A stretch of 64,000 bases of DNA from Dipteris shenzhenensis (taxonomy: Eukaryota): assembly GCA_047967505.1 (NCBI GenBank), contig CM106538.1; one strand, written 5' to 3'. The translations under genes and the position numbers were made by a program. Within the stretch, counting starts at the first letter, position 1. Each line of letters opens with the position of its first letter. This document shows, piece by piece, positions 49,442-62,318 of the stretch. The notes below the pieces were generated by a model, which worked only from the letters and a program-made list of their open reading frames with translations, had not been told where the DNA came from and searched no databases.

Positions 49442-52400
49442 CTCTCTTAGATGCTTACCCTCAATAAGGAGTATATCCTCAACCTCCGCCTGGAAGATTT
49501 CCCCAGCCTCACCCATGAGCCCCCCTCCTTCCTACTCCCTCGGCCCCTTCTGCTAAAGAACTCAAAGTCAATGACCTAGCCAAGGCCCTGAATGATTGAG
49601 ATGGTGGGCATCAGAAATCAAGCCAATTGCCATCCAAGAGAACATGCCAATGTTGTGTGCTATGAGTGCCACCAGAAGGGTCATTATCACACGGAATGTC
49701 CCAATATTCCAAGGGTGAATCTTCTAAGTGAATCTGGCATTGAGGATTCTGATGTAGAGATCCTTGACCTTGAGAAAAGAAGTTGTACCACCTTGGATCC
49801 CTCTCCAAATTGTGGACCAGGCCGCCTCAGGAAGAAGGTGTCCTTCTCAGAGCCCTCAGATGCTGAGATGGCAGACCCACCACCAAAGAAGACTAAAAGA
49901 TCTCGTAGGAGTAAGTGGTCGCCCTCAGATTTTCCCATTGGCTCAGGGCAAGAGGACTATTTGGTCATTCAGGACCTTGCTCGTCGGTCTTTGAGCATCA
50001 CACTGCCTCAACTAATAGCATTACGCCCTAAGGTGAGACGTGAGCTGCAGCAAGGGCTCTCAACAACGAGGAGCAAGAAATAGGGAAAGGTATGAGAGGT
50101 TTCTTCTATCTCTAAAGAAATTGATCAGCACCCACATACAGTAGATGTCATCATAGATAATTGCCATGCCAAAAGTGTGTGCGTCGATGGGGGAGCTGCA
50201 TGTAATATCATGGTGCCCCGAATCATGAAGAAATTGACTTTGAAATGCACAAGGCATTTCTCCACTCGAATCAAGGTAGTAGATGGTCGACGACTCGCCA
50301 CCCTGGGAGTCATTGAGGATTTGCCCATCACTGTCAATGGGTTGACCACGACCATCAATGTAGTGGACATCGAAGATACAAATAGGAGTTATACCCAGCC
50401 ATACTCAGGAGACCATGGTTAAGAAAGAGTGATGCAGTCAGCTATTGGAAGATAGGACACGTGTCTTTTGGTGCTTCTAAGGAGAAGATCCCAGTGCAAC
50501 CAGGTGCCACAGAACCAGAAGAAGAAGAGGAGCAAGATAGTGATACTCTCTCATCCTGAGTGTTTGAATCAATGGAAGAATTAGACCGAGGGGGGGAGTT
50601 CTCAGAGGAGGAAGTTTACATGATGGGGGTGTCTCCGACCTTGCCACCTGCAGAAAAGGTAACAGCTAGTCCTCAACAGCTTGAATCTATGCTTTTCCTA
50701 GACCTCACTGCAAGTGTGAAAGACGAGTTTCTAGAAATGTTCAAAGATTTCCTTGACCTCTTTGCAACTAGCTACCGCCACCTTTGCCATGTGACTGCCA
50801 TAGAGCACAAGATAGAGCTGAAGCTTGGATGTGAAGCCTGTGGCTCAGAAGTATCAAAGATTAGGGCCCCTACAGACCGGTTCTTTGTGCTCAAAGTTGC
50901 AAAAACTTGTAGAAGCTGGGTTTATTGTTCCGGTTCACCATACTGAATGGGTTTCACTAGTGGTAGTCACCCCAAAGAAAAACAAGTGGCGGGTCTGCAT
51001 CGACTATAAGAAACTCAATGCAGCCACCAACAGGGACCATCATCTTGTTCCCTTTCAAGACCTCATTCTTGAGAAGGTAAGTGGTCATGAGATGTATACT
51101 TTCTGTGATGGCTACTCTGGGTTTTATCAAATCAGAATTTCCGAAGAAGATGTGCTTAAAACCACATTTGCCACACCCTAGGGACATTTGCATTCAAAGT
51201 AATGCAATTTGGCCTCACGAATGCTCCTGCTACCTTTCAAAGATTTATGCAGATGGTGTTTGCTCCTTATTTGGGGGATTTCTTGGAGGTGTTTTTAGAT
51301 GATTTTTGTATATTCTCGTCATGTAAGGAGCATGTCATGTTGGGTTAGCCTTCTAAAGGGTCAATGATGCGAATGGCAGTCTCAACCCTGAGAAATGCAC
51401 CATTGGAGCCACTCAAGGGAGGTTACTAGGACATATTGTCTCATCCAAGGGTGTCAAGCCTGACCCCAAGAAGGTAGAAGTTATCCTCGAGCTCTCCCCA
51501 CCAACAACCAAACGTCAAGTATGCTCATTTGTCAATCTAGTAGGATACTATCGCCACTTCATTGATCAATATGCTGCTTTGATGTGACCCATGACTATGC
51601 TATTAGAAGATGGAGTTGATTTCTCCTAGGATGAGGATTGTGATCATGGGTTTGCACAAATCAAGAATGCTCTGGCTTCAGAACCCATTTTACACAATTT
51701 AAATTGGTCAAAGACTTTCTATATCAATCCTGGGTTTGGTGAGCACACTCTGGCAGGTATTCTTCTCCAGCAAGGGGAGGATCGGTTCATGTATCCCGTT
51801 CGATTTGCTTCTCAACAATTGCTGGAAAGTAAACGATGCTACTCTGAGGCTGACAAGCATGCTTTGTCTTTGGTGTTCTGCATTGAGAAATTTAAGCATT
51901 ATGTTGTTGGAAAGTCCTTCATTATAGTTTGTAGCAATGGTCTTGCAAAGCAGGTTCTTCAATCACCAAATCCCATGGGCCGGTTGGCCAAATGGTTGGC
52001 AGTTTTACAAGAATATGATTTTTCTTTCAAAATTGTAAAAGGGGGTTGTTCCAACTTGAAGAATGCTTTGATTGATTTAGAGGAGTGCCTCGATGTAACC
52101 CTTGTAGTAGCCATAGAAGTTGGGGATCTATGGTATGGTGGAATCTATAGGTTTCTGACTACTTTCTCCTTTCCTCTAGAAAGTACTAGCTATGAGAGAA
52201 AGAAGATTTGCAAAGATAGTAGGTGCTACACCCTCTTTGATGGGGTGTTGTACCGTTAAGGCATGTATGGGTACTAAGATAGAGGCCATTGATGCAGATG
52301 AAGTACCTAAGGTATTGAAGCATTATCATAATGGATTTTGTGGAGGCCACTATGCCAGTGACTATATAGCTAAGAAGATTTTACATGCTGGGTACTATTG

Positions 52401-54431
52401 GCTGACCTTGTTCAAGGATGTCACTATGCATTGCAAAACTTATGAACCATGCCAATTCTTTGGTAGGAAGGATTTATGTCCTAGGAAACATCACCCAGTG
52501 ATGTCCATCCATCTGTTTCAGAAGTGGGGAATAGATTTTGTCGGGCCCCTGCCCATGACTGCCCGCAAAAAGAAGTATCTTTTGGTAGCCACTCAGTATG
52601 TCACTAAGTGGGCTGAAGCTATCGCCCTCCCCTCAGCAAATGGTAAGGTAGTTTCAAATTTCATATTTGAACGTATCTGCACAAGGTTTGGGACACCCAT
52701 GATAGTATCTGACAATGGGAGTCCATTCTAAAATGAAGCAATGAAGTTACTCATGGGTCGCATGGGTATTGATCATCGCACTTCTAGCATCTATTATCCA
52801 GCATCCATGGGTCAAACAGAGCGGACCAATGGCCTCCTTTGTAAAACATGGGAAAAATGGCTACAAGGAATAGGAGCTAGTGGGATCAGAAGGTCACAGA
52901 AGCCGTATGGGCTTACAACATCACTCATAAAACGTATACATGTCACACTCCTTTTGAGTTGGTGTATGGTACTGAGGTCATCTTACCACTAGAGATAGAG
53001 ATTCCGACTTTGATATTGGCACAAGAACAGAGGATGACAGAAGATGAACATGTAGAGGCCCAGTTGTCGCAACTTGAGAAGCTAGATGAAACCCGATGCC
53101 TTGCCCTACATCAAACAGAGATTCAAAAGAATCAACAAAAGGCCCACTTGGATGCTAAGATTCGCAAGGGATGGGAAAGATAATTTGCTGAGGGGGATGT
53201 TGTGCTATGCTTTGATAACAGATTGGACCACCAAATGGATAAGAAGTTCCTTCCATTGTGGACCGGTCCATACAAAGTCATCAAGGAACGTAGAAATGGA
53301 TCTGTACAAGTTCGGGAGCTGCATGAGCCATATGGCAAGAAGGTGGTCAACAAGTGTTGCCTTAAGCCCTTCTTTGTGCATGATGGACTGAGGAATGGAA
53401 ATGCTATGCATTCCCTACCTGGGGGGGGGATCTATTATGGATAAATTTGTCTAAGGAAAAAGGCATAGATATGTGTGTGTGTTTGTATGTGTGGCAATAA
53501 TATAATAAAATATGGTGTGCATAGGGCCTAGGGTTGAGGTGGTAGGGCATGACCATGTGACACCCTTCCATGTAAGAGGACCCATAAGGTGTGTTGTACA
53601 TAATCCATGGTAGTAATAATATAAAATGATAAGGTGGCATGGGTCCTTCATGCACCACCCCTCCACCTAGGTGGTTCCACGCCTACATTTAGTGAGATAT
53701 GGCCCAAGGACCATGGGAGAAGTAATATAAAATAGGTGGAGATGGATATTATATTGGATTATTCCCTCCCTGTAGGATAGGCCCATGTGGAAGGGGTGTA
53801 GAAAGTCCAAGAATGCAAGTTAAATAATGGGAAAGTAGGATGAGGTGGCAAGATTCCTTGTGCCAACCCTCCACTTGTCCTCCTAGATGTTTGAACATAT
53901 TATAAAATTGGGAAGAGACCAAGGGAGTATCTTAAACTTGGGATATGGGGGTTGATGTATGTGGAAAAATGAGGCAAAGGATTGTCGCACACAATTGAGA
54001 GTGCGTAACTGCCTAGCCCACATGGGACACTCTTCCACACACACCATGCTTGTGGGAGGATGCATTTATTGGGAGAGACCCCCTCTCTTGGCTATAAAAG
54101 GAGGGGGCTATTCCTTGATGGAACACGCTCATTCTTGTAAAGCCACCTAGCTAGTACTTTGATTTCCCGCTTCCCTTCCTTTTAAATAAAGCATGGCCCT
54201 CTTCCCTTGATGTCTCCATCTTTACATTCCTCCCCCCATCATGTACATGCTTCTCTTCCCCCTCTCCCTTTCCCCTTGTGCCATAGTCTCCCTCTTCATT
54301 CCCTCCCCTTCTAATCCCCTTTCCCCTCCCATGATAATGTTTCGCCCTCACGTTCTCCTTTCCTCTATGGCCCTTGAGTGTCGCCATGCTTAGTGTCTAG
54401 CCTCTTGTCCTGATTTCTTTTCTAGGTAATA

Positions 54432-56250
54432 CCACACATCCATTCCAACTCCGTCAAGAGTTGCCATTCTACATGCGCCTTGGGGAGTGATTTTTGCTAT
54501 GCAGTAGGGACCCATGCCCCTGTATTTAAGTTTACGCTTGGAATTTTGAACACTAGTATATAGGAGTGCCAAGTCTCCTTCATTAAGGCCCTTGGTTTTC
54601 AAATTACAGTCGAACCATGTTTTACGCCTAGCCTTCTCATCAACTTGAAGGCAACATGCCATCGTAACTTGGTCTCACCAAGCTTCTCAAGATAAACTAA
54701 ACTCTCAGCTAAGGCATTTTCTGTAAGTCTCTCTTTAATGGCTATACACAAGGTGGGCACTACATATTCCATTAGCATCACTGCCTCCATGCCAAAGGCT
54801 AAGCTAAAGGGTGTGCAATTAGTTGCCACTTTGAATGAGGTATGGTAGGCCCAAAGTGCTATGATGCGCTTCTGCTCCCAGCCTATGCAACTGGCCTCAA
54901 TCGTGCAAGTTATTATTTTTAAAAAAGTCTTGTTAGAGCTTTTTGACAAACCATTTTACCTTGGGTAGTATAGAGAGGATTTGCATTGATCATAAATTTA
55001 CTAGTTAGGATGGCAATCATCTCATTGAGGAAATGGGTTCATTGATCATAGGCCAGCTCCAAAGGACGTCCAAATTTTGTTATCACTTACTCATGTAAGA
55101 ACTTTGTTGTGGAACTTGCGTCAGCTCTCTTTGTAGCCCAGCCCTCCACCCATTTGGTGAAATAATTGGTGTGGACAAGATGATGTGTCGGGCCCTTGTT
55201 CCCATAGCTGCTAGGCTTATAGGGCCTAAGAAGTTGATGCCCCACTTCTCAAATGGTTGGTCCGATGGAACTTTGGTTAGGGGCATCATGTCAGCCTTTT
55301 ATGGGATCTTGGCTCATCGCATGGATCACATCATTTAATGAATTCAGTTGCATCTGCATAGAGAGTCATCCACTAGAGGCCCACTTGTTGCAACAACTTG
55401 TGTGCTGTGAATTCTATGGCGAAATAGGGACTCACTATGCCCAAATGTGCTTCCTTGAGCACATTTGCATACTCATCTTCTCTAACACACCTATGCATGA
55501 TGCCATCCTTCCCTTGGCGGTAGAGTTGGCCTGTGATCAGTTTGTAGGGTGTTGCATCTTTGATGGTCTTCCCTGACTTGTCTTTATTTAGGGGCTAATC
55601 AGTGGAGAAACCATTGGCCAAGTAGTAGCCTATTTCTACCGCCTATCTTGGAATTATATCAATAAGGAATAGGGGTGCATCTAGGGCTCCACTCTTGTTG
55701 GGGGTTTCCCATTGGGCACTCGTGATAAGTAGTCTTACCTTTACATACTGCGACAACTATGAAGTCAAACTCTAGGAGTATTAACATCCACCTCATGATA
55801 TGACTAGTAATGCAAGGCTTGTTGACCAAATAGAGTAGGGCCTGGTGGTCTACAAAGAAGACAACCTTATTGGCCAACAAGTCACGCTTGAATTTCTTTA
55901 CAGCATACACCATGGCTAAGCCCCCTCTGTCAATAGTTGTATAATTTATATCGGCATCATTGAACTGTCGGCTAGAAATATAGACAGGGTATTCAAGGTT
56001 GAACTCCCCTAGTTGAGATGAAACACAACCTATGGCATTATTTGATGCATCAATATGGACATGTAATATGGTATCACAGCCAAGGGCCCTTAATACTAGT
56101 GCGGTCACCAACATTGTCTTAAGGGTGTCATAATCCTTCTGACACTCTTTAGTCCATTCAAAATCAATCAAAAGTTTATACAATGGCCTTGAGACACTCG
56201 ACACTATTGGTAAATAGAAAACTTGTAGCATGTAACAGCAGCACATAGCC
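54432..56250 (-). mobile_element. pol: Gypsy element I pol fragment (RNaseH-integrase)
   Basis: HIDASNNAIG, VDHQALLYLV, KWGINFLGPI, ALWAY, MGPY. Confidence 0.9.
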
Positions 56251-56471
56251 ATGATGATCTAGATCAGCTTTTCCAATCACAATCAGGCTAGGAAGGTCAA
56301 AAACAAGGTGATCAAGGTTGACAGTTGTGAGAACAATTGCAAGCCACACACCTGAAAACAACCGTCTCTACTCGATAATCTATGTACATATGTATTTACT
56401 TATATATTTACTCCCTCACTCTCTTTTTCTCACCCTCTCTACCATTTTCTACCTTTTAACAAAAGAATGTC

Positions 56472-56474
<3 letters not shown>

Positions 56475-56550
<76 letters not shown>

Positions 56551-56581
56551 CTACCTATCTATTTATCTATCTATCTATCTA
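56475..56581. repeat. Compound (CT)n-(ATCT)n microsatellite
   Basis: Directly visible. Confidence 0.97.
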
Positions 56582-59500
56582 GGTTAGAAACTTCAAAACT
56601 GAAAGAAATAACTAGAAACTTATTGCTCAAGGCACTTTGATCCAACAATTGTGAGCCACACACTCAACCTTGATTGTAAGGTGAGGCGATCAAGTTCGAC
56701 AATTGTAAGTTAGATAGGAGAACTTGATTGCGAAATAGCAAAATAAAAAGCCTAAACACAAGGGTGAGGTGATCAAGGCCAGCAATTACTAGCCACACAC
56801 CCGACCCTAACAAAGACAAAAAAAACCCTAAAACGATGCTAGAAGCTCACCGAAATCTTTTGGGAAAGTGGTAGGCCATAGTCTGTGGACCAAATGTGGA
56901 ACAAAACTAGTGGGTGCCTCTTTTTAGAGAACCCCCATAGCGGGTGTCGATTGTTCCAAAGGTACTACACGGTATACTCATACTAACATGCAGTATGTCA
57001 AGTACCACTCCTATATACAGATAGTACTGTGCGGTATAATTTTTACATACCACTTAGTATATATATTCGATCAATCGGTCACCCTTGTCTGGTTAAAAAA
57101 AGCTGCCAAAAAATATTCTAAACATTTTATTTTGTATTTAAAACGTTTTTAAATGATTTTTTACCCAATAAAATGTTTTTAAAAAATCCATGCATTAGGA
57201 AAAACTTTCTCCAACATAGAGTTAAAATTGTCATCCCATGCCATGCTACCATATTCAAGGCTTCAATGGGTTTATGCATATTTAAACTTCATATACAGAT
57301 TTTGACAAGCTAGAGTTTCAAAAATCAAACCTTATAGATGGGTCCAAATTTGTTTGATCTTTGAAGGCACCTTGATGGCAATTGAAAAAACTTGTGACGA
57401 TGAATTTGGCTTTGGAGCTTTAATGAGAATGGTATGTTAATTTTTGGGTGAATTTGGCCTAGGAAATTCATCATTGGGCAAATAATCTAGCCTATTTCCT
57501 TCCTTGGTTTTGTGCCATTAGTCCATTCGGCTAATGTTCGCCATTGGTTTAATATTCGCCCCTATTTTTTACTTGGCTTAATCTTAAAGAATATAGCCAT
57601 GGGCTTGCATGATGGCCATCGGGTTGGCATGCATGACTCTAATACCGGGCTTGCATTAGTGTATAGCCAGGACATAGGACTAGCTATTTCATGCCAATAG
57701 GAAATTAGCCTATTATAATTTTATATTTTTTATGTATAATGCCATGCATAATCCGGTCACATTTTGAATTTGTTGGTCTAGTTGCCATTGAATAGGAAAC
57801 TAGTCTGGCTAGAGTATTTACTTTTCCCAAACTATGATATGGGCTCTAATGGTCAGGAAATTCTCTTATATGGCAACACAAGAAACCATGTGATATACAC
57901 ATCATAGGCTCTATCAAAGTCCAAGGAATTCACCTATGGAAAAGCAATGAGATGAATGATTAGCTAGGCTAGGAAAATGGGTGATGGTTGGATATTTAAG
58001 TGGGACTATGCATGCGCCACTCCTCATATCCACCCTCCTCATTATCAATATCTAGACCCTCATCTCCAACATATGCTAGAAATAAATCATCCTCACCTCC
58101 ATCCCCCTCATCTCCACCCTTGTCAAGTTATGCTAGGTCGTTGACTCACCACCAAGTTGAGTCCCGTTTTGTCCGATGCCATTGTAAAGAGTTTATAAGT
58201 GGCTAAAAGGTGCTAGCAAGTGTTGGAAAAATCACTGACACTCATTCTTTCTAAAAAGTGCTTTAAAAATACTAACAAGTGCTATAACATTGCTAAAAAA
58301 GTGACTGAAAGTGGGAAAATAGTGACAAAAAGTGCTGAAAATGTGCTCAAATTTATTGAAACTACAATGTTTAAAACTACTATGAAGAAGAAGCTCTCAA
58401 AAAATTACATTCCGAGTGGCTTGATCCATTCCTATTGTTAAAAATGTGTTACTTGATTTCAAATCTTGTGTCTTCTATGCTTCTCAACCTCAACATGACC
58501 TAACGGGAGCTTATTGGTTTGCATGTTGTCTTGTCTTGTGCTCCCTTCTTCTAAAAGGCTTGTTTCCATGATTATGTTAGGTTTACAAAGGTGACAAGAG
58601 TTATAATTCATATCACCATAATGATGTGGTGGGTTGCTAAACCTACTTCATTATTTTTTAGAGTATTCTGGCTTCCTCCTATGTGCTGAACACTCTAATG
58701 CCTCAGACCATAGTCAATGTGAAGAATATGAGAAATGTAGACTCATAAAGCCCAAGCATGCAATGTATACCTTGAGACAAACAATGCATTTACTAAGAGC
58801 ATGAAAATCAATGAAGATAGCACCTTGTCTCATTTTGATGCATGTACATTTCAAGCAACTTGGGCATGCTATGTATGGCCTCCAAAAAAGGACATTCAAG
58901 AAGGTTTATGAAAAAATGTGTAAAATATTACTTAAATTTACTCCAGAACCCAAAAATGTCTAGTATTATCAATTGAAAAAAGAGTTCTCTTCTTTAATTG
59001 GAAAAACATGACAAATTACAAAGGAGAAGAAACTATTTCATTTAAATAGGAGAGTCGTTAGAGCTTTTGCTTTAAAATTCTAATTGTTTTCTGTGCAAGT
59101 GGCAATATATTTTTGACTAAGAATAATTTCTACATCCTACAAATTAAGCATACCCACACATTGATGGATTCCAAAATTTTTTCCTTTGTCATCTTGTATA
59201 ATGATCTCTAGATCATACTTTCCATTAGGCACACTAGTTAAAAGAATTTTTTATCAATTGACTTCCACATTAGTAATAACATTGTCCTCATTGATAAGTT
59301 TTGTAGCAATATACATTTCTAGAATAGTTGTTATACATAGCATGCTATCCACAAACTGATAGTTGATATAATTGATGTTACTTTGAGATCCAATATAATT
59401 TTATGAAACACTTTTACATGGGGCTACTATTTTGTCTTCAAAAATAACTTTTCTTTTTGCACAAAGCTGATCAAAGTGTTGAAGTTACATATTTTGATAT

Positions 59501-60299
59501 TAAGATGGGTAGGGATATGGAGTCCATGACCATAAAAGAGGTTTATTCAAAGCAAACATGTCTTTAGATCTAGATAGAAACCCAATGATTCAAATGGTCA
59601 AATTTTAATTAATCATTATTACTATAATTTATCATTTTACTTTGATCCAATGGTTCAAGTTAGAAATCTAGCCTTTGCAAAAATATAGTATTAAGTTTAT
59701 AATGGCTAGATCTGGAAGCATGAATATGACAATAGTTGTCGTTTTCAAAACTTGATGAAATTTTGGATTCTGGAATCCACTTTGTTGATAAACGTGAACA
59801 CACAAAAATTCTCATTCAAAAAAAAAAACTTTCCATGAATAAAATACAATTTCATCTTTAAAAAGGTAAATTTTGATTCATGAATGAATTAAAATATCAG
59901 CCAAAAACTTCATGATGTAAAAAATTCTGATGATGGAACATTTCATAGCAATTTCAAACCACCGATGGAAATTTCAATCCCAGTGGATCATGGAATCCCA
60001 AGTCAAAGTGGCCTAGGCTGGGTTTATGATGGGAATAGCCATTTTTTCTCCCATCTTGGACCATGTCCTCAAGAACTTGGGATCCTCTCCCACTCAACCC
60101 ATCCCTAGTTCTCTCAAAATGTTAGCGCCATGGTGAGAACTAAATTGGATAGAAATACATTTCATATGAATGGAAGCACACTTGAATATGGATGGGACCA
60201 TGTTTTCCCATTCCCATCCTATTTCCTCACATGTGCTAAGGGCCTTTGGTGCTTGGATCCAATCATGACTAATATGGCTCGATAGTGGTGATCGACCTT

Positions 60300-60975
60300 T
60301 GCAAATTTTTTTAAATCATATCAAGAAAAAGAGAATGAATCAAGATGGAGAGGGTCAAAAGTAATGAGAGATGATGCCACTGTTGATGTTATGCTCGAGC
60401 ATGTTTCTTTGGTTATCGGAGATGAACCCCTTAGGATGTTGACTATGATATTAGACTAGAGCAATTTCTAGAACCTATATTGACTATCTTTCTTGTAGAT
60501 GAAGCCTTGCAATTGCAATGCCCATTCTTTGAGAATGGATTATTCTTTGTTATTTATTCAATATCCATAAAAAAGGCTCCTAGGCTAGATGGAGTTCCTA
60601 ATGACTTCTACTATTATTTCAAGGGTGTATCTAAGTGGGATTTAATTGTGCTCTTTAATCATTATGCTATGCATGATCTCTTACCTTATTCAATGAATTA
60701 GGATGTTATTGAACTCATTCACAAATCACTAAACCATTTGCTTCCAGGGGCTTGGCAACCATTGACGATGCTCAATGACCCATATAAAATATTGGAAAAA
60801 ACAATGGCGAACCACATCAAATTTATTCTTGAATGCTCTCCTCACTCACATCATATGGTCTCATACAAGGCCATAATATACACGAGGCTATATTGAATAT
60901 GTTCTTATAATTGATTATGCCCTAGCCCAAAATCAATGTTTTCTATTCATCAATCTTGATTAAGAGAAGGCATAT
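60300..60975 (+). mobile_element. Degraded L1-type LINE RT fragment
   Basis: KKAPRLDGVPNDFY, WQPLTMLNDPYKILEK, INLD*EKAY. Confidence 0.8.
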
Positions 60976-61056
60976 GTTTTTTAGGGGGAGATGGGAATTG
61001 CATAATGTCTTAAAAGACATGAAATAACCATGTCAGTTTCCAACTAGACTTGGATG

Positions 61057-62064
61057 TGTTGGAGGTGGTGGCCTTCACCCCTCACTTGAGAATGATTTTA
61101 TGAGTAGGGCTCCACGTACTTGACACATGGCACGATGAAAATGGGAGTAATCCCATATATAAAGGTGCTTTCATGGCCTTCACCCCTCACTTGAGCATGA
61201 TTTTATGAGCAGGGCTCCATGTACTTGACACATGGTACGATGAAAATGGGAGTAATCCCATATATAAAGGTGCTTTCTTGGGGGCTTCAGATAGAAAGGA
61301 AATTTTCCCCTCTCTATCACATCCATCCTGGGAATTTTTAGGAGGAGAGAGAGGCTCTTTGCATGGCTAGGTGGTAGGGCTAGGGATGGTAGGTCTAGGG
61401 ACCCCATACCCAATGTGGACATGTGGTTCGATATGTGGCAAACATGGTATTAGAGCCATTCGATTTTTATGGCAACTGTGTTGGTGGTGACTATCTCTTG
61501 GCTTACATTTGGTAGTTGTCCTTGGCTTTTGCTATGGTCTGGTGTTTGGTCTATAGACTTATTCGTGGCAATGTATTTTTTGTGGTGTAGAGGTGTTGCA
61601 GTCTCTAGTAGCACACATTTAGTGCAAATTTATTATGGCAACTATTCCTAACTACATACATGTGTCAGCCCCCTTGGACTTTGGTAGAAATGCTACTACC
61701 CATGGAATTTGAGGTAGGCCAGTCTTTGTGTTTGACATGGACTTTGTAGAAACTTTGGCTTGTCGGCTCCCGTACCATGTCACCTTGGTTTGTTTTGATC
61801 AGGTTCATCGATTTCGTTTACTCGAGGTTTGTCCACAAGGGGTGTTGAATGTGGTGACCATCACTCCGCACAATTTTTCACTCATGGCATAATGAACATG
61901 GGAGTAATCCTATACATAAATTCTCTATCTTAGGGGCCTTAAATATAAAGGCCTCATTTCCTCTCTCTCACACATCTCTCTTGGGAGGAGAGAGAGAGGC
62001 TCTTTGCATGGCTAGGGACTAGGGCTTGGGAACCCATGTACCTAGTATGGACATGTGGCATGAA
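61057..62064 (+). mobile_element. TRIM-like miniature LTR element J
   Basis: LTR 61057-61444 (with a 105-bp internal duplication); PBS TGGTATTAGAGC 61445-61456; ~390-bp non-coding interior; purine tract; diverged LTR 61843 to about 62064. Confidence 0.75.
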
Positions 62065-62129
62065 CTACGTCGCCTAATAGGTTCAACCAGTATACAAGGA
62101 AAAGTAAGAAAACGAATGATATCATACAT

Positions 62130-62315
62130 CAGTTATAGACTGAGGGTCTGGCATTTCATCTTTAAAATCCTTAACAAATACCTTGCTGCCTATGTACATA
62201 GCCCATTTGCCTTCATTTCTCGCCAACTTCACCTTTGCTATTTTTGAGCTTTTATTCTTCATTTGATTTTTTGTGAGTTCCTTTGCAATCCACACCTATA
62301 GACCTTTCAACTGAG
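62130..62315 (-). mobile_element. LINE ORF1-like C-terminal fragment
   Basis: QLKGL*VWIAKELTKNQMKNKSSKIAKVKLARNEGKWAMYIGSKVFV resembles the LKG..I.I.E.LT..Q...R...L..AR.EGK.A motif of non-LTR ORF1 proteins. Confidence 0.5.
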
Positions 62316-62318
62316 TTA

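Larger units (their letters stand above)
46481..54431 (+). mobile_element. gag-pol: Gypsy D2: leader end, gag, protease, RT, RNaseH, integrase, PPT and 999-bp 3' LTR; 5'-truncated; interrupted by F2
   Basis: CYECHQKGHYHTEC, VDGGAACN, WRVCIDYKKLN, CDGYSG, FLDDF, KWGIDFVGP, WTGPY; G-tract 53421-53430; LTR 53433-54431. Confidence 0.93.

Noticed and set aside
56600-60300. Host gene or defined transposon in the AT-rich stretch
   Set aside because: Only short low-complexity ORFs and weak repeats; no recognisable domain or termini
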